This document shows positions 1 through 8,966 of a stretch of DNA of 20,000 nucleotides, in pieces (within the stretch, counting starts at the first letter, position 1; the number at the start of each line of letters is the position of its first letter). A program made the position numbers and the translations under genes. The stretch lies in sequence record SRR31156797_826, one strand, 5' to 3'. A model generated the notes under the pieces. The model made no database searches, was not told the origin of the DNA, and saw only the letters and a program-made list of their open reading frames with translations.

Positions 1-635
1 TTATTGTCAAACCCTGCTATACCTGACGAGTTAAGCATACTCGTATGGCATTTCAGTTTATTCTTATCTACAAACTGCTTAAATTCTTTAATCTGCTGGT
101 CGGTAAATTCCTTATCTGAATCAGATGACGACAGATGGCTCATCACATGCACAGGTCTGAGGCGTGGAAACATGGTGGTAAACTCGTACCAGCTCATGTC
201 AGTATTAAAGCCGAGCCTGTTCATTCCAGTGTTGATTTTAACTGATACGTCCGCCACAAGATCGTGTTTAGCTAAAAATTCGTTATATCTAGCTGCTGTG
301 TCCGTATCATTTATTGTAAGTACGATATTGTGCGTAAACGCCTCTTCATAAAATAGTTCGTCGATATAGCCGAGGCAGAAAACTGTTATAGAGCTGCCTA
401 GCTGTTCACGGAGGATAATCCCCTCTAAAACCGTTGCTACTGCGAATTTCGTACAGTTGCACGTCTCATAAGCGTAGGTGCTTATCTCTAGCTCGCCGTG
501 GCTGTATGCATCAGCTTTGACTATGGCTATAACATCACTGCCGGATAGTTTTCTGGCAACCTCGAGATTATGCCCGAAGGCTTTGAGGTTAATCTCAGCA
601 TATGTAGGTCTGAGTGCTTTAAGCTTACTGTTCAT
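1..635 (-). CDS. alr: Alanine racemase, 5' part (runs off the left edge of the window)
   Basis: Not in the ORF track. Manual translation from ATG at 635 gives MNSKLKALRPTYAEINL...IVKADAYSHG...VKINTGMNRLGF...HVMSHLSSSD...MLNSSG, which contains the PLP-lysine motif and the TGMNRLG motif of Alr. The start overlaps the prfB end by 11 bp. Confidence 0.93.
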   Translation of the reverse strand, partial: MNSKLKALRPTYAEINLKAFGHNLEVARKLSGSDVIAIVKADAYSHGELEISTYAYETCNCTKFAVATVLEGIILREQLGSSITVFCLGYIDELFYEEAFTHNIVLTINDTDTAARYNEFLAKHDLVADVSVKINTGMNRLGFNTDMSWYEFTTMFPRLRPVHVMSHLSSSDSDKEFTDQQIKEFKQFVDKNKLKCHTSMLNSSGIAGFDN

Positions 636-1740
636 CAGTACCTATACCTGCTGTATGGAGAAGATATGCTCTGATGAAAGGATCAAGATTCCCTCCCATA
701 ACAGAATCAACATTGCCCGTCTCGTGCCTTGTGCGGAGGTCTTTGACCATCTTGTACGGGTGCATAACATAAGAGCGAATCTGGTTACCCCATCCGATCT
801 CAGTTTTAGTATCTTCAAGCTTCTGCTTCTCTTCGTTCTTTTTACTTATCTCAAGCTCGTAAAGCCTCGCCTTAAGGATCTTCATAGCGTGTGCTTTGTT
901 CTTATGCTGGCTTCGTTCTGACTGGCAGGTGACTACAACATTAGTCGGAACGTGAGTAATACGCACCGCAGAGTCAGTGGTGTTTACGTGCTGACCACCA
1001 GCACCGGAAGCTCTGTAAGTATCTATCTGTAAGTCAGATTCACTGATATCTATCTCAATATCGTCTTCGATCTCAGGCATAACAAACACAGCCGCAAAAG
1101 AGGTGTGCCTGCGGTTTGCTGAATCGAAAGGAGATATGCGCACAAGCCTGTGAACGCCCGTCTCGCTCTTTAAGTATCCGTAAGTGAAAGGTCCTTTTAT
1201 GTTGATAGTGGCGTTTTTGATGCCCGCCTCTTCACCCTCCATATAGTCGAGGATGTCGCATTTATAGCCGTTCTTTTCAGCGTAGTGAGTATACATTCTG
1301 TAGAGCATTCCCGCCCAGTCGTTCGCCTCGGTACCGCCTGCACCTGAATTTATGGTGATGATCGCACTGTTTCCGTCACTCTGACCGGAGAGGACAAGCT
1401 GAAGTTCGAAAGCTGCGATAGTTTTCTGAAGCGTGCGGATACCATCTTCGATATCGCCTTCAAGCCCCTCTTCGCCCTCTTTAAGGAGCTCGATAAGGAC
1501 TTCCACATCATCAAGCTGACCTTTAAGTGAGTGCCACTCTTCGAGCTTCTTCTTTTTGATAGCCTGCTCTTTCATGATCCCTTTCGACTCTTTGCTGTTC
1601 CAAAAGTTAGGGTCGCTCATGGACATTTCGTCGATCTTGGCGATCTCGTCCTCAAGCTCTTTCTCATTGATAGCAGTCTCAAAACTCGCTATATCTTTTC
1701 TCGATTTATCTAATTCGTTGATAATATCTTCGATGATCAT
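625..1740 (-). CDS. prfB: Peptide chain release factor 2
   Basis: GAGGQHVN (GGQ) motif, RF2-specific SPF motif (RISPFDS), and GWGNQIRSYV. Single uninterrupted 371-aa ORF. Confidence 0.97.
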   Translation of the reverse strand: MIIEDIINELDKSRKDIASFETAINEKELEDEIAKIDEMSMSDPNFWNSKESKGIMKEQAIKKKKLEEWHSLKGQLDDVEVLIELLKEGEEGLEGDIEDGIRTLQKTIAAFELQLVLSGQSDGNSAIITINSGAGGTEANDWAGMLYRMYTHYAEKNGYKCDILDYMEGEEAGIKNATINIKGPFTYGYLKSETGVHRLVRISPFDSANRRHTSFAAVFVMPEIEDDIEIDISESDLQIDTYRASGAGGQHVNTTDSAVRITHVPTNVVVTCQSERSQHKNKAHAMKILKARLYELEISKKNEEKQKLEDTKTEIGWGNQIRSYVMHPYKMVKDLRTRHETGNVDSVMGGNLDPFIRAYLLHTAGIGTDEQ

Positions 1741-1745
1741 TTAAA

Positions 1746-3062
1746 TTAAACTCCGCTCACTGACATTTTATCAAATAAAGTATCCGATGTAGTAATATTC
1801 CCGAAAGTTCGGCTGTTGTCAAATATATGTACTGTTCCTTCTAACAAGTCGGCGAGGTTGCCAGCCAGCACAGCCTCTTTGAAAGGGTATAAAGCTTCGC
1901 CATTTTTGCAGTATATACCTGATATACCAACAGAAAAATTACCACTGACAGGGTCAGCCGTGTGCATCCCCATAACTTCTGTTATTTTCAGATACTCGCT
2001 ACATATATCATCCGGCTTTGCAGATGTTGTCGGTATGGTCGAAACATTAGTAGTCCCAACAGATATGCTACCGCCACCTGATACACGTGCACGAAAGTTA
2101 TTTTCCACCCCTAAAGCTTTCGCAGTATAGCTTGTATGCAGATAGTTTTGAAGTACGCCACCAGAGAATATATCAACCTTACCGCACTTCTGACCTTCGT
2201 CGTCAAAGTTAGTAGATGCCAAACCTTCTCTCAAAGTCGGATCATCTGTCAGGTTAAACTGTTTAGATGCGCAAGCCTTGCCAATCTTGCCTTTCAGCAG
2301 GCTGACATCTTTATAAACATTCTCCCCGTCAACAAGTTCCATAACAAGATCTATAAAACTTGACATAACATCAGCTGAGAAAAGTATATTATATTTCCCA
2401 GTATTTATATGTTTTGCACCAAGAAGCGAACATGCGTTCTCGGCAGCATAAATCCCTGACTCTTTATGGTTTAATTTATCCATACTGATAGCTGAAACAT
2501 AATCATAACCGTCACGCTCATCGTCACCGTCAGAGGCTATAAGATATGCACCGGCAGAATAGCTTATCTTTGCACTGTTTAGCACCGGACCAGCAGTCGA
2601 GATGATAGTCTTCTCACCGAATGTCACGGACACTGACGACTGTTTAACAGCAGTTACACGCTTATCGAACCCCATCGCCGCATCAGTAAGCTCAACAGCC
2701 TTAGAGACGAGCATATCAGTAGTTACAGATTCGAAATCAGCCTCGCTATAATTATGCCCTTCGACAAAACTGTACTCAGGTATAAACCTGAATTCATCAG
2801 CAGGAAGATTACTGATAAGTGCTGTATGGCTATTAAGGAAATCGTTTATGGTCTCTACATCTCCACCTGAAAAACCGCTGGAGACTACCCTTCCGCCTTT
2901 AACAGCACGGACAACAACTTTAGTGTCATCAGAAAGATCAACAGTCTCAATTTCATGCCCATCCAACTGAACAGTTTTTGACCTGCCAGCGGATATACGC
3001 ACAGAGATATTGTCGTAGCTAGATTTGTAACTATCTATTATATTTTGGATTTTTTCAGTCAT
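1746..3062 (-). CDS. pmbA: TldD/PmbA family protein, PmbA/TldE-like
   Basis: 438 aa with FDDEG, GVLQNYL and C-terminal GMHTADPVSGNFS motifs. Lacks the HExxGH motif of TldD. Confidence 0.85.
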   Translation of the reverse strand: MTEKIQNIIDSYKSSYDNISVRISAGRSKTVQLDGHEIETVDLSDDTKVVVRAVKGGRVVSSGFSGGDVETINDFLNSHTALISNLPADEFRFIPEYSFVEGHNYSEADFESVTTDMLVSKAVELTDAAMGFDKRVTAVKQSSVSVTFGEKTIISTAGPVLNSAKISYSAGAYLIASDGDDERDGYDYVSAISMDKLNHKESGIYAAENACSLLGAKHINTGKYNILFSADVMSSFIDLVMELVDGENVYKDVSLLKGKIGKACASKQFNLTDDPTLREGLASTNFDDEGQKCGKVDIFSGGVLQNYLHTSYTAKALGVENNFRARVSGGGSISVGTTNVSTIPTTSAKPDDICSEYLKITEVMGMHTADPVSGNFSVGISGIYCKNGEALYPFKEAVLAGNLADLLEGTVHIFDNSRTFGNITTSDTLFDKMSVSGV

Positions 3063-3508
3063 AATGTTTTCATCATAGCAATTTCATCGCAGTCAGGGAA
3101 CTTTGTACATTTGAGGCAATCAGACCATATCTTCTTAGGAAGCTGTTCTTTTTCAACCTCTTCAAAGCCCATTTTTGCGAAAAAGCCCGGAACATAAGTG
3201 AGGAGAAAAACTTTCGATATCCCAAGATTTACAGCAGTTTCAAGGGATCTTTCAACCAGAGCAGAGCCTATACCTTTTTTCCCGATGTCCTGACGTACAG
3301 CTATGGAACGAATCTCAGCCAGATCTTCCCATGTAGGGTGCAGAGCACAGCATCCGATTATCTCGCCAGACTCTTCCCAGACGACAAACTCGAGAATTTT
3401 CTCATAGATGTCGTTAATGCTGAGCGGGAGCATCTCACCGTCTTTAGCAAAGTAATTCACAAGGGTCTGAATGTTTTTCGCATCAGACATCACAGCGGGT
3501 CTTATCAT
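3059..3508 (-). CDS. GNAT N-acetyltransferase, short ArgA-like (probable amino-acid N-acetyltransferase)
   Basis: LAEIRSIAV, GKKGIGSALV (acetyl-CoA loop), FFAKMGF, and C-terminal KIWSDCLKC...C, typical of short ArgA-like GNATs. 4-bp overlaps with both neighbours. Confidence 0.82.
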   Translation of the reverse strand: MIRPAVMSDAKNIQTLVNYFAKDGEMLPLSINDIYEKILEFVVWEESGEIIGCCALHPTWEDLAEIRSIAVRQDIGKKGIGSALVERSLETAVNLGISKVFLLTYVPGFFAKMGFEEVEKEQLPKKIWSDCLKCTKFPDCDEIAMMKTL

Positions 3509-3903
3509 TTCATAACTTCTTTTACAAAGGTACGGTAAAGTCTTATGGATGTCTCTTTATCTGGTATCAGCTCAATGTGTTTTTTTGTTCTGATTGCGAC
3601 CTCTGTCGCTGTATCGTTAACAGGTTTGATAGTCACATAAACGATAGATTTACCAAGCTGAGCTTTGATATTACCATCCGTAATGCTAGATTCAGCTATC
3701 TGACCATCCCAAGTTGTCAGGATACCTATCATAGTCTCAAACGCCTGCTCTTTAGATATGTTAAATGTATCTTTGATGTGATCGTTAGTAGTGGAATAAA
3801 CCGCTCCGCCTGATGCCCCGCCTATGATAAGAGGTGCAGGAACACATGCAGTAAGAGCCAAAATCAGCACTGTTAAAACTACAGAAAACTTTATATTCTT
3901 CAT
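3505..3903 (-). CDS. Lipoprotein of unknown function (DUF3568-like)
   Basis: Signal peptide with lipobox LTAC followed by Gly-rich IIGGASGGAVY. GGGGG RBS upstream. Confidence 0.75.
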   Translation of the reverse strand: MKNIKFSVVLTVLILALTACVPAPLIIGGASGGAVYSTTNDHIKDTFNISKEQAFETMIGILTTWDGQIAESSITDGNIKAQLGKSIVYVTIKPVNDTATEVAIRTKKHIELIPDKETSIRLYRTFVKEVMK

Positions 3904-3931
3904 AACGCCCCCAAGTCTTTATATTATCTTG

Positions 3932-3960
3932 ATTTTATCGAAAACACCTTATTTAATCAA
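3932..3960 (-). promoter_or_regulatory. Putative sigma70 promoter of the lipoprotein-GNAT-pmbA-prfB-alr operon
   Basis: Minus strand reads TTGATT-N17-TAAAAT, ending 28 nt upstream of the ATG at 3903. Confidence 0.55.
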
Positions 3961-3969
3961 CAAAATTCG

Positions 3970-3999
3970 TTGACAAAGATTAAGATGAAAGGCTATTAT
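3970..3999 (+). promoter_or_regulatory. Putative sigma70 promoter of pyrR-pyrB-pyrC
   Basis: TTGACA (3970-3975), N18 spacer, TATTAT (3994-3999). Confidence 0.6.
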
Positions 4000-4055
4000 T
4001 TTTTGGGTGAAAAATGAGACATAAAATCGAGAATACGAAGTAACTTTGAGAACAC

Positions 4056-4096
4056 AGCCTTTTGGCCGCAGTTAGCGGTTGAAAGGCTTTTTTTTT
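4056..4096 (+). terminator. Intrinsic terminator / attenuator in the pyrR leader
   Basis: AGCCTTTTGGCCGC-AGTTA-GCGGTTGAAAGGCT forms a 14-bp stem (3 G-U pairs) followed by T8. It lies between the promoter and the pyrR RBS. Confidence 0.85.
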
Positions 4097-4116
4097 GTAT
4101 ATTTATGGAGGATAAA

Positions 4117-4650
4117 ATGTCATCCAAAGAGATAATGAACGAAGATGAAATGTTGAGAACACTCAACAGAATGGTTTTTCAGATTTTAGAAGATGTTAAA
4201 GATACCAAAGAGATATGTCTTGTTGGTATCCGCAGGGGTGGAGCCTTTTTGGCTGACAGGCTTAACGACATTTTCAAATCAGAAGGTATCGTTGACATAA
4301 ATGTCGGATATCTTGACATCACCCTTTACAGAGACGATCTCACATCCATCGCTGAGTATCCGGTGCTCCACGGGACAGAGATCGACTTCGATGTAAATGG
4401 TAAACATGTAATACTGGTAGACGACGTGATCTATACCGGAAGAACAACAAGGGCAGCGATGGACGCACTCATAGATCTGGGCAGACCGGGTAAGATATCT
4501 CTCGCCGCATTCGTAGACAGAGGGCACAGAGAGCTCCCTGTTCAGCCGGATTTCACAGGTAAACTAGTACCTACGTCACTGAGCGAAATAGTAGAAGTGT
4601 CACTTAAAGAAAAAGACGGAAGTGACTCAGTAATAATACAAAAAAAATAA
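4117..4650 (+). CDS. pyrR: Pyrimidine attenuation regulator / uracil phosphoribosyltransferase PyrR
   Basis: [13 protein letters not shown] motif [21 protein letters not shown]. Start moved from 4105 to ATG 4117 because GGAGG lies at 4107-4111. Confidence 0.96.
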   Translation: MSSKEIMNEDEMLRTLNRMVFQILEDVKDTKEICLVGIRRGGAFLADRLNDIFKSEGIVDINVGYLDITLYRDDLTSIAEYPVLHGTEIDFDVNGKHVILVDDVIYTGRTTRAAMDALIDLGRPGKISLAAFVDRGHRELPVQPDFTGKLVPTSLSEIVEVSLKEKDGSDSVIIQKK

Positions 4651-4660
4651 GGGGAGTTTA

Positions 4661-5605
4661 ATGTCATTCAAACGTAAAGACCTTTTGGGCATGTCTGATC
4701 TGACCAGCGAAGAGATAACCTATCTCCTCGATACTGCGCAGTCTTTCTGCGAGATAAATGAGAGAGATGTAAAGAAAGTCCCTACCCTCAAAGGTAGAAC
4801 TGTTATTAACCTTTTCTTTGAACCATCAACAAGAACAAGGACATCTTTTGAGATAGCAGGTAAAAGACTTTCCGCTGATACTATCAATTTTAGCTCATCA
4901 GCGAGCAGTACGACAAAGGGAGAGACCCTCATCGACACTGTGAAAAACATGGAAGCTATGCACTCTGACCTCTTTGTTGTGCGTCACGCATACTCTGGTT
5001 CAGTTAAGTTTATCGCTGAAAACACTGATGCCGCAGTTGTTAACGCTGGTGACGGACTTAACGAGCACCCTACTCAGGCTTTATTGGATTTACTTACGAT
5101 ACGTCAAAATAAGGGTGATATAAAGGGGCTTGAGATTGCTATTATCGGTGACATAACACACTCAAGGGTAGCAAGGTCCAACATCTGGGCTATGAACACC
5201 CTCGGTGCTAATGTCCGCCTGTACGGACCGCCGACTATGCTTCCTAAATATATAGAGCCTTTCAACTGTAGAAAATGCTCCAGCATGGAGGAAGCTATCG
5301 AGGGCGCAGACGTAGTTATTATGCTCCGTATCCAGCGTGAGCGTCAGGGTAAGCTACTTCTCCCTTCAACACGTGAATACGCAAAGTTCTTCGGACTTAC
5401 TAACGACAGACTCGCACAGGCGAAAGAAGATGCAATTGTTATGCACCCGGGACCTATCAACCGTGGTGTCGAGCTTATGACTAATGTTGCGGACTGTAGC
5501 AGATCAGTTATTTTACCGCAGGTATCTAACGGTGTTGCCGTTCGTATGGCGGCACTCTACTTACTCGGACTGAAAAAAGGAGGAAACAGTGAAGACGCTT
5601 CTTAA
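4661..5605 (+). CDS. pyrB: Aspartate carbamoyltransferase catalytic subunit
   Basis: [20 protein letters not shown] and MHPGP motifs. Confidence 0.98.
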   Translation: MSFKRKDLLGMSDLTSEEITYLLDTAQSFCEINERDVKKVPTLKGRTVINLFFEPSTRTRTSFEIAGKRLSADTINFSSSASSTTKGETLIDTVKNMEAMHSDLFVVRHAYSGSVKFIAENTDAAVVNAGDGLNEHPTQALLDLLTIRQNKGDIKGLEIAIIGDITHSRVARSNIWAMNTLGANVRLYGPPTMLPKYIEPFNCRKCSSMEEAIEGADVVIMLRIQRERQGKLLLPSTREYAKFFGLTNDRLAQAKEDAIVMHPGPINRGVELMTNVADCSRSVILPQVSNGVAVRMAALYLLGLKKGGNSEDAS

Positions 5606-6854
5606 AAACTGTAAAATAGTTAACCATGACAAGACAATAGATGGAAATATCCTTATCGACGGCGAGCTTATCGCAGCTATCGGCGCTACGGATGAGCAAG
5701 CAGACGAGGTTATCGACTGCGAAGGAAAATACGTTATCCCTGGTATGATCGACCTTCACGTTCACCTCAGAGACCCGGGGCTTGAGTATAAGGAAGACAT
5801 TCATTCCGGTGCAAAAGCTGCCGTAGCTGGCGGTGTGACTGGTATCTGCCCTATGGCGAACACAAAACCTATCAATGACAATAGTACAATCACTAAATAT
5901 ATGGTAGACAAAGGAAAAGAACTTGGCATATGCGATATTATGCCTATCGGAGCTATCACTAAAGGACTCACCGGCGAGGAGCTCACTGAGATGGGCGACA
6001 TGACAGAGGCCGGCGCAATCGGTTTTTCAGATGACGGCTTACCTGTTTGTTCTGCTGAGGTTTTCCGCAGAGCCGCTGAGTATGCATCACAGTTCGGCTC
6101 GTTTGTAATCAGCCACGCAGAAGACAAGTCAATCGCAGGTAAAGGCGTTATAAACGACGGCGAAGTAGCTACTCTCACAGGTCTCAGAGGCATCCCTGCT
6201 GAATCTGAAGAGATTATGGTTGCTCGTGACATACTCGTTTCAAAGCTTACTGGTGCTCACGTACATATCTGTCACATAAGCACAAAAGGGACACTTGAGC
6301 TTGTTCGCTGGGCGAAGGCTCAGGGGCTTAAAGTTACTTGCGAAGTGACACCTCACCACTTTAAACTGACTGAGAGAGAGCTTCTCTCATACGATACAAA
6401 CTACAAGATGAACCCGCCACTCCGCACACAGGAAGATGTGGACGCTATGATAGATGGTCTCGCTAAAGGCGACATCGACTGCATAGTTACAGACCACGCT
6501 CCTCATCATATCGACGAGAAAAATGTTGAGTTTGACCTTGCGATGTTCGGGATCCTCGGACTGCAGACCATGCTTCCGCTCTCACTTGAGCTTGTGGCAA
6601 ATGGTCACATCAACATGAACGATTTCGTAAGGCTCACATCATACGCTCCTGCTCAGCTTATCAAAAAGACTGACAGAGGCGAGATTGCGGTTGGCAAGCT
6701 TGCTGATTTGGTAGTAGTGGATGCTGATAAAGAGTATGTTTTCGATGAGGAACTTAACCAGTCGAAATCGACAAACTCACCTTTTATGGGCAAGACTATG
6801 AAGGGTGCGGCACTCTACACAATTAAAAACGGTAAAATTGTCTATCAGGCTTAG
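5589..6854 (+). CDS. pyrC: Dihydroorotase (long, type I)
   Basis: DLHVH, EVTPHH, KMNPPLR and TDHAPH motifs. GTG start with AGGAGG RBS, overlapping the pyrB end. Confidence 0.97.
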   Translation: MKTLLKNCKIVNHDKTIDGNILIDGELIAAIGATDEQADEVIDCEGKYVIPGMIDLHVHLRDPGLEYKEDIHSGAKAAVAGGVTGICPMANTKPINDNSTITKYMVDKGKELGICDIMPIGAITKGLTGEELTEMGDMTEAGAIGFSDDGLPVCSAEVFRRAAEYASQFGSFVISHAEDKSIAGKGVINDGEVATLTGLRGIPAESEEIMVARDILVSKLTGAHVHICHISTKGTLELVRWAKAQGLKVTCEVTPHHFKLTERELLSYDTNYKMNPPLRTQEDVDAMIDGLAKGDIDCIVTDHAPHHIDEKNVEFDLAMFGILGLQTMLPLSLELVANGHINMNDFVRLTSYAPAQLIKKTDRGEIAVGKLADLVVVDADKEYVFDEELNQSKSTNSPFMGKTMKGAALYTIKNGKIVYQA

Positions 6855-6864
6855 CAGCCTGTGG

Positions 6865-6930
6865 CATAACACTATACTGTGAATGTAAGCAGTGCTACCA
6901 CATTTTACGGTTCATTACATTCACCTGATA
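6865..6930 (+). repeat. 66-bp repeat motif A, copy 1
   Basis: Aligns without gaps to 6989-7054 and 10650-10715 (47/66 identical to the latter, hand count). Contains a perfect 10-bp inverted repeat, GTGAATGTAA/TTACATTCAC. Confidence 0.8.
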
Positions 6931-6938
6931 TAATTTAT

Positions 6939-6969
6939 AAGCCCTCGTGTTAAAAGCATGGGGGCTTTT
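6939..6969 (+). terminator. Intrinsic terminator after pyrC
   Basis: AAGCCCTCGTG-TTAAAAG-CATGGGGGCTT stem running into TTTT. Confidence 0.65.
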
Positions 6970-6988
6970 CTGTGTGTAGTCACACACC

Positions 6989-7054
6989 CATATCACTATA
7001 CTTTGAATATTTAATATATTGCATTGACTTACGGCTCACTAAGTTCGCCTAATA
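6989..7054 (+). repeat. 66-bp repeat motif A, copy 2 (more degenerate)
   Basis: CATATCACTATACTTTGAAT...TTACGGCTCACTAAGTTCGCCTAATA. Same 40-nt distance from the start to TTACGG as in the other copies. Confidence 0.7.
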
Positions 7055-7077
7055 AAGCCAATTTTTTTTCATTTAAC

Positions 7078-7153
7078 AAGTGACCAGCGGAAACGCATGA
7101 GCTAAGTTAGTTGAAATAATATAGAACTTTGTGATATGCGAGTGCTGCTAAGC
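7078..7153 (+). repeat. Repeat motif B (right end of element), copy 1
   Basis: AAGTGACCAGCGGAAACGCATG...ACTTTGTGATATGCGAGTGCTGCTAAGC. Aligns without gaps to 10810-10880 (43/71 by hand) and resembles the reverse complement of 16573-16649. Confidence 0.7.
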
Positions 7154-7156
7154 ACA

Positions 7157-7909
7157 CTACTTTGGAATTACGAAAGGGCGACCTTCTGCGGTGATGATAT
7201 CCACGTCAAAGTCGAAAACATCTTTTATCAGATCGGCACTGATGTCAGCCACGGCGCACTGACCGCTAACCTGACCGTCTTTAATGAAAATAAGCTTATC
7301 TGAAAAGCGTATAGCTGTATTAATATCGTGCATAACAATTACAGTAGTAAGGTTCTTATCTAGTGTAATATCCCTAATAAGTCCCAGAACTTCCATCTGG
7401 TTAACCATATCGAGATGATTCACAGGCTCATCAAGAAGCATTATTTCAGGCTCCTGCACCAGCGCCCTCGCTATAACAACCTTCTGAAGTTCACCACCCG
7501 AAATCTCCGTGGTGTTACGACACGCTAAATGCTGTAAACCTATAAGCTTAAGTGTCTTTTTAGTTACATCACGATCATTATCATTGATATTAAAAGTGAT
7601 ATGAGGTCTGCGCCCTGTCAGAACAGCATCCATAACTGTGGCGTCTATCCCTTCACTCCGCTGAGAGAGGAAACCGACAATCTTTGATACCTGCTTGGCA
7701 GACATCGACTGCATATCTTTTCCGTCAAACTTTATACTGCCGGACTGAGGTTTAAGTATATTATTGATATTCTTGAGTAAAGTTGACTTACCTGATCCGT
7801 TTCTGCCGAGGATGGATGTCACCTGACCTTTCGCAAATGATGCGGACAGATCATCTAAAACAACCTTTTCCTTGCTGTACCCATAGGTAAGCTTGCTAAC
7901 TTCTATCAT
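7157..7909 (-). CDS. Iron-chelate/cobalamin-type ABC transporter ATP-binding subunit (FecE/BtuD-like)
   Basis: Walker A GRNGSGKS, signature ISGGELQ, Walker B MLLDEP, and MHD switch. Confidence 0.93.
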   Translation of the reverse strand: MIEVSKLTYGYSKEKVVLDDLSASFAKGQVTSILGRNGSGKSTLLKNINNILKPQSGSIKFDGKDMQSMSAKQVSKIVGFLSQRSEGIDATVMDAVLTGRRPHITFNINDNDRDVTKKTLKLIGLQHLACRNTTEISGGELQKVVIARALVQEPEIMLLDEPVNHLDMVNQMEVLGLIRDITLDKNLTTVIVMHDINTAIRFSDKLIFIKDGQVSGQCAVADISADLIKDVFDFDVDIITAEGRPFVIPK

Positions 7910-8959
7910 CTATCCCCTCTTCCCATGCTTACGCAGAAGCAGATAAATAAAGAACGGCACACCAACTATCGATGTCATAATGCCTACAGGTACGTCTATA
8001 TCTTTTATAATATTCCTTGAAAGTACGTCAGCAGCGAGCAGTAAAACCGCTCCGGAGAGAGCACTGTAAGGGATTAGAAATCTGTTATCACCATTTACAA
8101 AGAGCTTTACCATATGAGGCGCCATAAGCCCCACAAAGCCTATAATGCCGACAAAAGAGACAGGAATAGCGACTATCACAGAAGCGACAATAAGGCTTAT
8201 CATGCGGAAAACTGTCGTTTTAATGCCGAGACCTTTCGCTACCTCGTCACCCCAGAGGAGACATGTATAATTCCAGCTGTTAGCGTAAAAATAGACCGTA
8301 GCAGGGAGAAGAACAGAGAGGCAGGCGAGGCTCTCTTTATAGCCAGCTTTTTGCAGGTCGCCAAACGACCACATAACACTAGCCGCAATCTCAGTGTCTG
8401 ATGCGAAATACTGCATAAACATTGTGAGTGCCGCAAAGAATGAGCTGATAGCTATACCAGCTAAAATGATAGACTCTGATTTTATATTAATAACTGATGC
8501 CATAAGGATTATTATCGCTACAGTGATAAGGCTCCCGGCAAAAGCAGACAGAGCTACAACAGATATTGAGCTAACCCAAACCTCTGTCCCTGTAACATTA
8601 GCAGATGCCGCACCAAGAAATATGATCGCAAAGGTAGCACCGAACATCGCACCCTGTGAAACACCCGTGGTGAAAGGAGATGCTAGCGGATTTTCAAGTA
8701 CAGACTGCATAATCAGACCAGCCACACCGAAGGATGCACCAGCCACAAGAGCTATGACAACTCTGGGCAAACGTATATTATAAAAGATATGCTGAGCTAA
8801 AGGGTTAGAACTTTCACCAGTAATAAGGTTGAATATCTCAGCGAGACTAATCCCGTAAGAGCCTGTCACTAATGATATAGTAACAAGTAAAAGGAGCAGT
8901 AAGATAAGCAGAGCACCGGAAAAAAGCCTTACAGACTTCACCTTATTACATGAGAACAT
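7910..8959 (-). CDS. FecCD/BtuC-family ABC permease
   Basis: IRLPR, ENPLASPFTTGVSQGA, GIIGFVGLMAPH, PVGIMTS. Start taken at ATG 8959, just after the upstream stop at 8967, rather than 9034. Confidence 0.92.
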   Translation of the reverse strand: MFSCNKVKSVRLFSGALLILLLLLLVTISLVTGSYGISLAEIFNLITGESSNPLAQHIFYNIRLPRVVIALVAGASFGVAGLIMQSVLENPLASPFTTGVSQGAMFGATFAIIFLGAASANVTGTEVWVSSISVVALSAFAGSLITVAIIILMASVINIKSESIILAGIAISSFFAALTMFMQYFASDTEIAASVMWSFGDLQKAGYKESLACLSVLLPATVYFYANSWNYTCLLWGDEVAKGLGIKTTVFRMISLIVASVIVAIPVSFVGIIGFVGLMAPHMVKLFVNGDNRFLIPYSALSGAVLLLAADVLSRNIIKDIDVPVGIMTSIVGVPFFIYLLLRKHGKRG

Positions 8960-8966
8960 ATCAAAA

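Larger units (their letters stand above)
6849..7153. mobile_element. MITE-like non-autonomous element with imperfect terminal inverted repeats
   Basis: Left end GCTTAGCAGCCTGTGGCATAACAC. Right end reverse-complemented reads GCTTAGCAGCACTCGCATATCAC. The outer 10 bp are identical and TA flanks GCAGC at both ends. Internal motifs recur at 10650-10883 and 16573-16649. Confidence 0.55.

Noticed and set aside
4-921. Plus-strand ORFs 4-351 and 478-921
   Set aside because: They are antisense shadows of alr and prfB. The same applies to the other short ORFs in the track that overlap called genes.
6865-7054. Motif A copies 124 bp apart as a possible CRISPR array or integron attC sites
   Set aside because: Only two adjacent copies, too long and too divergent, with no cas or integrase gene and no clear RYYYAAC/GTTRRRY ends.
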